The position numbers and the translations under genes were made by a program. Shown piece by piece: positions 26,901-41,900 of a stretch of DNA of 64,000 nucleotides (its first letter is position 1; every line of letters starts with the position of its first letter). This DNA is from Nemertoderma westbladi (lineage: Eukaryota; Animalia; Xenacoelomorpha). The stretch spans positions 1 through 64,000 of the forward strand of contig JAUCBJ010006054.1 in NCBI GenBank assembly GCA_032718475.1, in the 5' to 3' direction. Under the pieces are notes generated by a model. The model searched no databases, was not told where the DNA came from, and saw nothing but the letters and a program-made list of their open reading frames with translations.

Positions 26901-29900
26901 TACTAATAAACGTACCATCAGCTCCAAATAACAATGTACTAATAAACGTACCATCAGCTCCAAATAACAATGTACTAATAAACACGTACCATCAGCTCCA
27001 AATAACAATGTACTAATAAACACGTACCATCAGCTCCAAATAACAATGTACTAATAAACACGTACCATCAGCTCCAAATAACAATGTACTAATAAACACG
27101 TACCATCAGCTCCAAATAACAATGTACTAATAAACACGTACCATCAGCTCCAAATAACAATGTACTAATAAACACGTACCATCAGCTCCAAATAACAATG
27201 TACTAATAAACACGTACCATCAGCTCCAAATAACAATGTACTAATAAACACGTACCATCAGCTCCAAATAACAATGTACTAATAAACACGTACCATCAGC
27301 TCCAAATAACAATGTACTAATAAACGTACCATCAGCTCCAAATAACATGTATTAATAAACACGTACCATCAGCTCCAAATAACAATGTACTAATAAACAC
27401 GTACCATCAGCTCCAAATAACAATGTACTAATAAACACGTACCATCAGCTCCAAATATCATGTATTAATAAACACGTACCATCAGCTCCAAATATCAATG
27501 TACTAATAAACGTACCATCAGCTCCAAATAACAATGTACTAATAAACGTACCATCAGCTCCAAATAACAATGTACTAATAAACGTACCATCAGCTCCAAA
27601 TAACAATGTACTAATAAACACGTACCATCAGCTCCAAATATCATGTATTAATAAACACGTACCATCAGCTCCAAATAACAATGTACTAATAAACACGTAC
27701 CATCAGCTCCAAATAACAATGTACTAATAAACGTACCATCAGCTCCAAATAACAATGTACTAATAAACACGTACCATCAGCTCCAAATAACAATGTACTA
27801 ATAAACGTACCATCAGCTCCAAATAACAATGTACTAATAAACGTACCATCAGCTCCAAATAACAATGTACTAATAAACGTACCATCAGCTCCAAATAACA
27901 ATGTACTAATAAACACGTACCATCAGCTCCAAATAACAATGTACTAATAAACACGTACCATCAGCTCCAAATATCATGTATTAATAAACACGTACCATCA
28001 GCTCCAAATAACAATGTACTAATAAACACGTACCATCAGCTCCAAATATCATGTATTAACAAACGTACCATCAGCTCCAAATATCATGTATTAATAAACA
28101 CGTACCATCAGCTCCAAATAACAATGTACTAATAAACACGTACCATCAGCTCCAAATATCATGTATTAATAAACGTACCATCAGCTCCAAATATCAATGT
28201 ACTAATAAACGTACCATCAGCTCCAAATAACAATGTACTAATAAACGTACCATCAGCTCCAAATAACAATGTACTAATAAACGTACCATCAGCTCCAAAT
28301 AACAATGTACTAATAAACGTACCATCAGCTCCAAATAACAATGTACTAATAAACACGTACCATCAGCTCCAAATATCATGTATTAATAAACACGTACCAT
28401 CAGCTCCAAATAACAATGTACTAATAAACACGTACCATCAGCTCCAAATATCATGTATTAATAAACGTACCATCAGCTCCAAATATCAATGTACTAATAA
28501 ACGTACCATCAGCTCCAAATAACAATGTACTAATAAACGTACCATCAGCTCCAAATAACAATGTACTAATAAACGTACCATCAGCTCCAAATAACAATGT
28601 ACTAATAAACACGTACCATCAGCTCCAAATAACAATGTACTAATAAACACGTACCATCAGCTCCAAATAACAATGTACTAATAAACGTACCATCAGCTCC
28701 AAATAACAATGTACTAATAAACACGTACCATCAGCTCCAAATATCATGTATTAATAAACACGTACCATCAGCTCCAAATAACAATGTACTAATAAACACG
28801 TACCATCAGCTCCAAATAACAATGTACTAATAAACGTACCATCAGCTCCAAATAACAATGTACTAATAAACACGTACCATCAGCTCCAAATAACAATGTA
28901 CTAATAAACGTACCATCAGCTCCAAATAACAATGTACTAATAAACACGTACCATCAGCTCCAAATATCATGTATTAATAAACACGTACCATCAGCTCCAA
29001 ATAACAATGTACTAATAAACACGTACCATCAGCTCCAAATAACAATGTACTAATAAACGTACCATCAGCTCCAAATAACAATGTACTAATAAACACGTAC
29101 CATCAGCTCCAAATAACAATGTACTAATAAACGTACCATCAGCTCCAAATAACAATGTACTAATAAACGTACCATCAGCTCCAAATAACAATGTACTAAT
29201 AAACGTACCATCAGCTCCAAATAACAATGTACTAATAAACACGTACCATCAGCTCCAAATAACAATGTACTAATAAACACGTACCATCAGCTCCAAATAT
29301 CATGTATTAATAAACACGTACCATCAGCTCCAAATAACAATGTACTAATAAACACGTACCATCAGCTCCAAATATCATGTATTAACAAACGTACCATCAG
29401 CTCCAAATATCATGTATTAATAAACACGTACCATCAGCTCCAAATAACAATGTACTAATAAACACGTACCATCAGCTCCAAATATCATGTATTAATAAAC
29501 GTACCATCAGCTCCAAATATCAATGTACTAATAAACGTACCATCAGCTCCAAATAACAATGTACTAATAAACGTACCATCAGCTCCAAATAACAATGTAC
29601 TAATAAACGTACCATCAGCTCCAAATAACAATGTACTAATAAACGTACCATCAGCTCCAAATAACAATGTACTAATAAACACGTACCATCAGCTCCAAAT
29701 ATCATGTATTAATAAACACGTACCATCAGCTCCAAATAACAATGTACTAATAAACACGTACCATCAGCTCCAAATATCATGTATTAATAAACACGTACCA
29801 TCAGCTCCAAATATCATGTATTAATAAACACGTACCATCAGCTCCAAATAACAATGTACTAATAAACACGTACCATCAGCTCCAAATATCAATGTACTAA

Positions 29901-32900
29901 TAAACGTACCATCAGCTCCAAATAACAATGTACTAATAAACGTACCATCAGCTCCAAATAACAATGTACTAATAAACACGTACCATCAGCTCCAAATAAC
30001 AATGTACTAATAAACACGTACCATCAGCTCCAAATATCATGTATTAATAAACGTACCATCAGCTCCAAATATCAATGTACTAATAAACGTACCATCAGCT
30101 CCAAATAACAATGTACTAATAAACACGTACCATCAGCTCCAAATAACAATGTACTAATAAACACGTACCATCAGCTCCAAATATCATGTACTAATAAACA
30201 CGTACCATCAGCTCCAAATAACAATGTACTAATAAACGTACCATCAGCTCCAAATAACAATGTACTAATAAACGTACCATCAGCTCCAAATAACAATGTA
30301 CTAATAAACACGTACCATCAGCTCCAAATATCATGTATTAATAAACACGTACCATCAGCTCCAAATAACAATGTACTAATAAACACGTACCATCAGCTCC
30401 AAATATCATGTATTAATAAACGTACCATCAGCTCCAAATATCAATGTACTAATAAACGTACCATCAGCTCCAAATAACAATGTACTAATAAACGTACCAT
30501 CAGCTCCAAATAACAATGTACTAATAAACGTACCATCAGCTCCAAATATCATGTATTAATAAACACGTACCATCAGCTCCAAATAACAATGTACTAATAA
30601 ACGTACCATCAGCTCCAAATAACAATGTACTAATAAACGTACCATCAGCTCCAAATAACAATGTACTAATAAACACGTACCATCAGCTCCAAATAACAAT
30701 GTACTAATAAACGTACCATCAGCTCCAAATAACAATGTACTAATAAACGTACCATCAGCTCCAAATAACAATGTACTAATAAACACGTACCATCAGCTCC
30801 AAATATCATGTATTAATAAACACGTACCATCAGCTCCAAATATCATGTATTAATAAACACGTACCATCAGCTCCAAATATCATGTATTAACAAACGTACC
30901 ATCAGCTCCAAATATCAATGTACTAATAAACGTACCATCAGCTCCAAATAACAATGTACTAATAAACGTACCATCAGCTCCAAATAACAATGTACTAATA
31001 AACGTACCATCAGCTCCAAATAACAATGTACTAATAAACGTACCATCAGCTCCAAATAACAATGTACTAATAAACACGTACCATCAGCTCCAAATATCAT
31101 GTATTAATAAACACGTACCATCAGCTCCAAATAACAATGTACTAATAAACACGTACCATCAGCTCCAAATATCATGTATTAATAAACGTACCATCAGCTC
31201 CAAATATCAATGTACTAATAAACGTACCATCAGCTCCAAATAACAATGTACTAATAAACGTACCATCAGCTCCAAATAACAATGTACTAATAAACACGTA
31301 CCATCAGCTCCAAATAACAATGTACTAATAAACACGTACCATCAGCTCCAAATATCATGTATTAATAAACGTACCATCAGCTCCAAATATCAATGTACTA
31401 ATAAACGTACCATCAGCTCCAAATAACAATGTACTAATAAACACGTACCATCAGCTCCAAATAACAATGTACTAATAAACGTACCATCAGCTCCAAATAA
31501 CAATGTACTAATAAACGTACCATCAGCTCCAAATAACAATGTACTAATAAACGTACCATCAGCTCCAAATAACAATGTACTAATAAACACGTACCATCAG
31601 CTCCAAATAACAATGTACTAATAAACACGTACCATCAGCTCCAAATATCATGTATTAATAAACGTACCATCAGCTCCAAATATCAATGTACTAATAAACG
31701 TACCATCAGCTCCAAATAACAATGTACTAATAAACGTACCATCAGCTCCAAATAACAATGTACTAATAAACGTACCATCAGCTCCAAATAACAATGTACT
31801 AATAAACACGTACCATCAGCTCCAAATAACAATGTACTAATAAACACGTACCATCAGCTCCAAATATCATGTATTAATAAACGTACCATCAGCTCCAAAT
31901 ATCAATGTACTAATAAACGTACCATCAGCTCCAAATAACAATGTACTAATAAACACGTACCATCAGCTCCAAATAACAATGTACTAATAAACGTACCATC
32001 AGCTCCAAATAACAATGTACTAATAAACGTACCATCAGCTCCAAATAACAATGTACTAATAAACGTACCATCAGCTCCAAATAACAATGTACTAATAAAC
32101 ACGTACCATCAGCTCCAAATATCATGTATTAATAAACACGTACCATCAGCTCCAAATAACAATGTACTAATAAACGTACCATCAGCTCCAAATAACAATG
32201 TACTAATAAACGTACCATCAGCTCCAAATAACAATGTACTAATAAACGTACCATCAGCTCCAAATAACAATGTACTAATAAACACGTACCATCAGCTCCA
32301 AATATCATGTATTAATAAACACGTACCATCAGCTCCAAATAACAATGTACTAATAAACACGTACCATCAGCTCCAAATATCATGTATTAATAAACGTACC
32401 ATCAGCTCCAAATATCAATGTACTAATAAACGTACCATCAGCTCCAAATAACAATGTACTAATAAACGTACCATCAGCTCCAAATAACAATGTACTAATA
32501 AACACGTACCATCAGCTCCAAATAACAATGTACTAATAAACGTACCATCAGCTCCAAATAACAATGTACTAATAAACGTACCATCAGCTCCAAATAACAA
32601 TGTACTAATAAACACGTACCATCAGCTCCAAATATCATGTATTAATAAACACGTACCATCAGCTCCAAATAACAATGTACTAATAAACGTACCATCAGCT
32701 CCAAATAACAATGTACTAATAAACACGTACCATCAGCTCCAAATAACAATGTACTAATAAACGTACCATCAGCTCCAAATAACAATGTACTAATAAACGT
32801 ACCATCAGCTCCAAATAACAATGTACTAATAAACACGTACCATCAGCTCCAAATATCATGTATTAATAAACACGTACCATCAGCTCCAAATAACAATGTA

Positions 32901-35900
32901 CTAATAAACACGTACCATCAGCTCCAAATATCATGTATTAATAAACACGTACCATCAGCTCCAAATAACAATGTACTAATAAACACGTACCATCAGCTCC
33001 AAATATCAATGTACTAATAAACGTACCATCAGCTCCAAATAACAATGTACTAATAAACGTACCATCAGCTCCAAATAACAATGTACTAATAAACACGTAC
33101 CATCAGCTCCAAATAACAATGTACTAATAAACACGTACCATCAGCTCCAAATATCATGTATTAATAAACACGTACCATCAGCTCCAAATAACAATGTACT
33201 AATAAACACGTACCATCAGCTCCAAATATCATGTATTAATAAACGTACCATCAGCTCCAAATATCAATGTACTAATAAACGTACCATCAGCTCCAAATAA
33301 CAATGTACTAATAAACACGTACCATCAGCTCCAAATAACAATGTACTAATAAACACGTACCATCAGCTCCAAATATCAATGTACTAATAAACACGTACCA
33401 TCAGCTCCAAATAACAATGTACTAATAAACGTACCATCAGCTCCAAATAACAATGTACTAATAAACGTACCATCAGCTCCAAATAACAATGTACTAATAA
33501 ACACGTACCATCAGCTCCAAATATCATGTATTAATAAACACGTACCATCAGCTCCAAATAACAATGTACTAATAAACACGTACCATCAGCTCCAAATATC
33601 ATGTATTAATAAACACGTACCATCAGCTCCAAATATCAATGTACTAATAAACGTACCATCAGCTCCAAATAACAATGTACTAATAAACGTACCATCAGCT
33701 CCAAATAACAATGTACTAATAAACGTACCATCAGCTCCAAATATCATGTATTAATAAACACGTACCATCAGCTCCAAATAACAATGTACTAATAAACGTA
33801 CCATCAGCTCCAAATAACAATGTACTAATAAACGTACCATCAGCTCCAAATAACAATGTACTAATAAACACGTACCATCAGCTCCAAATAACAATGTACT
33901 AATAAACGTACCATCAGCTCCAAATAACAATGTACTAATAAACGTACCATCAGCTCCAAATAACAATGTACTAATAAACACGTACCATCAGCTCCAAATA
34001 TCATGTATTAATAAACACGTACCATCAGCTCCAAATATCAATGTACTAATAAACACGTACCATCAGCTCCAAATATCATGTATTAATAAACGTACCATCA
34101 GCTCCAAATATCAATGTACTAATAAACGTACCATCAGCTCCAAATAACAATGTACTAATAAACGTACCATCAGCTCCAAATAACAATGTACTAATAAACG
34201 TACCATCAGCTCCAAATAACAATGTACTAATAAACGTACCATCAGCTCCAAATAACAATGTACTAATAAACACGTACCATCAGCTCCAAATATCATGTAT
34301 TAATAAACACGTACCATCAGCTCCAAATAACAATGTACTAATAAACACGTACCATCAGCTCCAAATATCATGTATTAATAAACGTACCATCAGCTCCAAA
34401 TATCAATGTACTAATAAACGTACCATCAGCTCCAAATAACAATGTACTAATAAACGTACCATCAGCTCCAAATAACAATGTACTAATAAACACGTACCAT
34501 CAGCTCCAAATAACAATGTACTAATAAACACGTACCATCAGCTCCAAATATCATGTATTAATAAACGTACCATCAGCTCCAAATATCAATGTACTAATAA
34601 ACGTACCATCAGCTCCAAATAACAATGTACTAATAAACACGTACCATCAGCTCCAAATAACAATGTACTAATAAACGTACCATCAGCTCCAAATAACAAT
34701 GTACTAATAAACGTACCATCAGCTCCAAATAACAATGTACTAATAAACGTACCATCAGCTCCAAATAACAATGTACTAATAAACACGTACCATCAGCTCC
34801 AAATAACAATGTACTAATAAACACGTACCATCAGCTCCAAATATCATGTATTAATAAACGTACCATCAGCTCCAAATATCAATGTACTAATAAACGTACC
34901 ATCAGCTCCAAATAACAATGTACTAATAAACGTACCATCAGCTCCAAATAACAATGTACTAATAAACGTACCATCAGCTCCAAATAACAATGTACTAATA
35001 AACACGTACCATCAGCTCCAAATAACAATGTACTAATAAACACGTACCATCAGCTCCAAATATCATGTATTAATAAACGTACCATCAGCTCCAAATATCA
35101 ATGTACTAATAAACGTACCATCAGCTCCAAATAACAATGTACTAATAAACACGTACCATCAGCTCCAAATAACAATGTACTAATAAACGTACCATCAGCT
35201 CCAAATAACAATGTACTAATAAACGTACCATCAGCTCCAAATAACAATGTACTAATAAACGTACCATCAGCTCCAAATAACAATGTACTAATAAACACGT
35301 ACCATCAGCTCCAAATATCATGTATTAATAAACACGTACCATCAGCTCCAAATAACAATGTACTAATAAACGTACCATCAGCTCCAAATAACAATGTACT
35401 AATAAACGTACCATCAGCTCCAAATAACAATGTACTAATAAACGTACCATCAGCTCCAAATAACAATGTACTAATAAACACGTACCATCAGCTCCAAATA
35501 TCATGTACTAATAAACACGTACCATCAGCTCCAAATAACAATGTACTAATAAACACGTACCATCAGCTCCAAATATCATGTATTAATAAACGTACCATCA
35601 GCTCCAAATATCAATGTACTAATAAACGTACCATCAGCTCCAAATAACAATGTACTAATAAACGTACCATCAGCTCCAAATAACAATGTACTAATAAACA
35701 CGTACCATCAGCTCCAAATAACAATGTACTAATAAACGTACCATCAGCTCCAAATAACAATGTACTAATAAACGTACCATCAGCTCCAAATAACAATGTA
35801 CTAATAAACACGTACCATCAGCTCCAAATATCATGTATTAATAAACACGTACCATCAGCTCCAAATAACAATGTACTAATAAACGTACCATCAGCTCCAA

Positions 35901-38900
35901 ATAACAATGTACTAATAAACACGTACCATCAGCTCCAAATAACAATGTACTAATAAACGTACCATCAGCTCCAAATAACAATGTACTAATAAACGTACCA
36001 TCAGCTCCAAATAACAATGTACTAATAAACACGTACCATCAGCTCCAAATATCATGTATTAATAAACACGTACCATCAGCTCCAAATAACAATGTACTAA
36101 TAAACACGTACCATCAGCTCCAAATATCATGTATTAATAAACACGTACCATCAGCTCCAAATAACAATGTACTAATAAACACGTACCATCAGCTCCAAAT
36201 ATCAATGTACTAATAAACGTACCATCAGCTCCAAATAACAATGTACTAATAAACGTACCATCAGCTCCAAATAACAATGTACTAATAAACACGTACCATC
36301 AGCTCCAAATAACAATGTACTAATAAACACGTACCATCAGCTCCAAATATCAATGTACTAATAAACGTACCATCAGCTCCAAATAACATGTATTAATAAA
36401 CACGTACCATCAGCTCCAAATAACAATGTACTAATAAACACGTACCATCAGCTCCAAATAACAATGTACTAATAAACACGTACCATCAGCTCCAAATAAC
36501 AATGTACTAATAAACACGTACCATCAGCTCCAAATAACAATGTACTAATAAACACGTACCATCAGCTCCAAATAACAATGTACTAATAAACACGTACCAT
36601 CAGCTCCAAATAACAATGTACTAATAAACACGTACCATCAGCTCCAAATAACAATGTACTAATAAACACGTACCATCAGCTCCAAATAACAATGTACTAA
36701 TAATCACGTACCATCAGCTCCAAATATCAATGTACTAATAAACGTACCATCAGCTCCAAATAACATGTATTAATAAACACGTACCATCAGCTCCAAATAA
36801 CAATGTACTAATAAACACGTACCATCAGCTCCAAATAACAATGTACTAATAAACACGTACCATCAGCTCCAAATAACAATGTACTAATAATCACGTACCA
36901 TCAGCTCCAAATATCAATGTACTAATAAACGTACCATCAGCTCCAAATAACATGTATTAATAAACACGTACCATCAGCTCCAAATAACAATGTACTAATA
37001 AACGTTCCATCAGCTCCAAATAACAATGTACTAATAAACGTACCATCAGCTCCAAATAACAATGTACTAATAAACACGTACCATCAGCTCCAAATATCAA
37101 TGTACTAATAAACACGTACCATCAGCTCCAAATATCATGTATTAATAAACACGTACCATCAGCTCCAAATAACAATGTACTAATAAACACGTACCATCAG
37201 CTCCAAATATCATGTATTAATAAACACGTACCATCAGCTCCAAATAACAATGTACTAATAAACACGTACCATCAGCTCCAAATAACAATGTACTAATAAA
37301 CACGTACCATCAGCTCCAAATATCAATGTACTAATAAACGTACCATCAGCTCCAAATAACAATGTACTAATAAACGTACCATCAGCTCCAAATAACAATG
37401 TACTAATAAACGTTCCATCAGCTCCAAATATCAATGTACTAATAAACACGTACCATCAGCTCCAAATATCATGTATTAATAAACACGTACCATCAGCTCC
37501 AAATAACAATGTACTAATAAACACGTACCATCAGCTCCAAATATCATGTATTAATAAACACGTACCATCAGCTCCAAATAACAATGTACTAATAAACACG
37601 TACCATCAGCTCCAAATAACAATGTACTAATAAACACGTACCATCAGCTCCAAATAACAATGTACTAATAAACGTTCCATCAGCTCCAAATAACAATGTA
37701 CTAATAAACGTACCATCAGCTCCAAATAACAATGTACTAATAAACACGTACCATCAGCTCCAAATATCAATGTACTAATAAACACGTACCATCAGCTCCA
37801 AATATCATGTATTAATAAACACGTACCATCAGCTCCAAATAACAATGTACTAATAAACGTACCATCAGCTCCAAATAACAATGTACTAATAACACGTACC
37901 ATCAGCTCCAAATAACAATGTACTAATAAACACGTTCCATCAGCTCCAAATAACAATGTACTAATAAACACGTACCATCAGCTCCAAATATCATGTATTA
38001 ATAAACACGTACCATCAGCTCCAAATAACAATGTACTAATAAACACGTACCATCAGCTCCAAATATCAATGTACTAATAAACGTACCATCAGCTCCAAAT
38101 AACAATGTACTAATAAACACGTTCCATCAGCTCCAAATATCATGTATTAATAAACACGTACCATCAGCTCTAAATATCATGTATTAATAAACACGTACCA
38201 TCAGCTCCAAATATCATGTACTAATAAACACGTACCATCAGCTCCAAATATCATGTACTAATAAACACGTACCATCAGCTCCAAATAACAATGTACTAAT
38301 AAACACGTACCATCAGCTCCAAATAACAATGTACTAATAAACGTACCATCAGCTCCAAATAACAATGTACTAATAAACACGTACCATCAGCTCCAAATAA
38401 CAATGTACTAATAAACGTATCATCAGCTCCAAATAACAATGTACTAATAAACACGTACCATCAGCTCCAAATATCATGTATTAATAAACACGTACCATCA
38501 GCTCCAAATAACAATGTACTAATAAACACGTACCATCAGCTCCAAATATCATGTATTAATAAACACGTACCATCAGCTCCAAATAACAATGTACTAATAA
38601 ACACGTACCATCAGCTCCAAATATCAATGTACTAATAAACGTACCATCAGCTCCAAATAACAATGTACTAATAAACACGTACCATCAGCTCCAAATATCA
38701 TGTATTAATAAACACGTACCATCAGCTCCAAATAACAATGTACTAATAAACACGTACCATCAGCTCCAAATATCAATGTACTAATAAACGTACCATCAGC
38801 TCCAAATAACAATGTACTAATAAACACGTTCCATCAGCTCCAAATAACAATGTACTAATAAACACGTACCATCAGCTCCAAATAACAATGTACTAATAAA

Positions 38901-41900
38901 CACGTACCATCAGCTCCAAATAACAATGTACTAATAAACACGTACCATCAGCTCCAAATAACAATGTACTAATAAACACGTACCATCAGCTCCAAATAAC
39001 AATGTACTAATAAACGTACCATCAGCTCCAAATAACAATGTACTAATAAACACGTACCATCAGCTCCAAATAACAATGTACTAATAAACACGTACCATCA
39101 GCTCCAAATAACAATGTACTAATAAACGTACCATCAGCTCCAAATAACAATGTACTAATAAACACGTACCATCAGCTCCAAATATCATGTATTAATAAAC
39201 ACGTACCATCAGCTCCAAATAACAATGTACTAATAAACACGTACCATCAGCTCCAAATATCAATGTACTAATAAACACGTACCATCAGCTCCAAATATCA
39301 TGTATTAATAAACACGTACCATCAGCTCCAAATAACAATGTACTAATAAACACGTACCATCAGCTCCAAATAACAATGTACTAATAAACACGTACCATCA
39401 GCTCCAAATATCATGTATTAATAAACACGTACCATCAGCTCCAAATAACAATGTACTAATAAACACGTACCATCAGCTCCAAATATCAATGTACTAATAA
39501 ACACGTACCATCAGCTCCAAATAACAATGTACTAATAAACACGTACCATCAGCTCCAAATATCAATGTACTAATAAACACGTACCATCAGCTCCAAATAA
39601 CAATGTACTAATAAACACGTACCATCAGCTCCAAATATCAATGTACTAATAAACACGTACCATCAGCTCCAAATATCAATGTACTAATAAACACGTACCA
39701 TCAGCTCCAAATAACAATGTACTAATAAACACGTACCATCAGCTCCAAATAACAATGTACTAATAAACACGTACCATCAGCTCCAAATATCATGTATTAA
39801 TAAACACGTACCATCAGCTCCAAATAACAATGTACTAATAAACACGTACCATCAGCTCCAAATATCAATGTACTAATAAACACGTACCATCAGCTCCAAA
39901 TAACAATGTACTAATAAACGTACCATCAGCTCCAAATAACAATGTACTAATAAACACGTACCATCAGCTCCAAATATCATGTACTAATAAACACGTACCA
40001 TCAGCTCCAAATATCATGTATTAATAAACACGTACCATCAGCTCCAAATAACAATGTACTAATAAACACGTACCATCAGCTCCAAATATCAATGTACTAA
40101 TAAACACGTACCATCAGCTCCAAATAACAATGTACTAATAAACGTACCATCAGCTCCAAATAACAATGTACTAATAAACGTACCATCAGCTCCAAATAAC
40201 AATGTACTAATAAACACGTACCATCAGCTCCAAATAACAATGTACTAATAAACACGTACCATCAGCTCCAAATAACAATGTACTAATAAACACGTACCAT
40301 CAGCTCCAAATAACAATGTACTAATAAACACGTACCATCAGCTCCAAATAACAATGTACTAATAAACACGTACCATCAGCTCCAAATATCATGTATTAAT
40401 AAACACGTACCATCAGCTCCAAATATCATGTATTAATAAACACGTACCATCAGCTCCAAATATCATGTATTAATAAACACGTACCATCAGCTCCAAATAT
40501 CATGTATTAATAAACACGTACCATCAGCTCCAAATAACAATGTACTAATAAACGTACCATCAGCTCCAAATAACAATGTACTAATAAACACGTACCATCA
40601 GCTCCAAATAACAATGTACTAATAAACACGTACCATCAGCTCCAAATAACAATGTACTAATAAACACGTACCATCAGCTCCAAATAACAATGTACTAATA
40701 AACACGTACCATCAGCTCCAAATATCATGTATTAATAAACACGTACCATCAGCTCCAAATATCATGTATTAATAAACACGTACCATCAGCTCCAAATATC
40801 ATGTATTAATAAACACGTACCATCAGCTCCAAATATCATGTATTAATAAACACGTACCATCAGCTCCAAATAACAATGTACTAATAAACACGTACCATCA
40901 GCTCCAAATAACAATGTACTAATAAACACGTACCATCAGCTCCAAATATCATGTATTAATAAACACGTACCATCAGCTCCAAATATCATGTATTAATAAA
41001 CACGTACCATCAGCTCCAAATATCATGTATTAATAAACACGTACCATCAGCTCCAAATATCATGTATTAATAAACACGTACCATCAGCTCCAAATAACAA
41101 TGTACTAATAAACGTACCATCAGCTCCAAATAACAATGTACTAATAAACACGTACCATCAGCTCCAAATAACAATGTACTAATAAACACGTACCATCAGC
41201 TCCAAATAACAATGTACTAATAAACACGTACCATCAGCTCCAAATAACAATGTACTAATAAACACGTACCATCAGCTCCAAATATCATGTATTAATAAAC
41301 ACGTACCATCAGCTCCAAATATCATGTATTAATAAACACGTACCATCAGCTCCAAATATCATGTATTAATAAACACGTACCATCAGCTCCAAATATCATG
41401 TATTAATAAACACGTACCATCAGCTCCAAATAACAATGTACTAATAAACACGTACCATCAGCTCCAAATAACAATGTACTAATAAACACGTACCATCAGC
41501 TCCAAATATCAATGTACTAATAAACACGTACCATCAGCTCCAAATAACAATGTACTAATAAACGTACCATCAGCTCCAAATAACAATGTACTAATAAACG
41601 TACCATCAGCTCCAAATAACAATGTACTAATAAACACGTACCATCAGCTCCAAATAACAATGTACTAATAAACACGTACCATCAGCTCCAAATAACAATG
41701 TACTAATGAACACGTACCATCAGCTCTAAATAACAATGTACTAATAAACACGTACCATCAGCTCCAAATAACAATGTACTAATAAACACGTACCATCAGC
41801 TCCAAATAACAATGTACTAATAAACACGTACCATCAGCTCCAAATAACAATGTACTAATAAACACGTACCATCAGCTCCAAATAACAATGTACTAATAAA

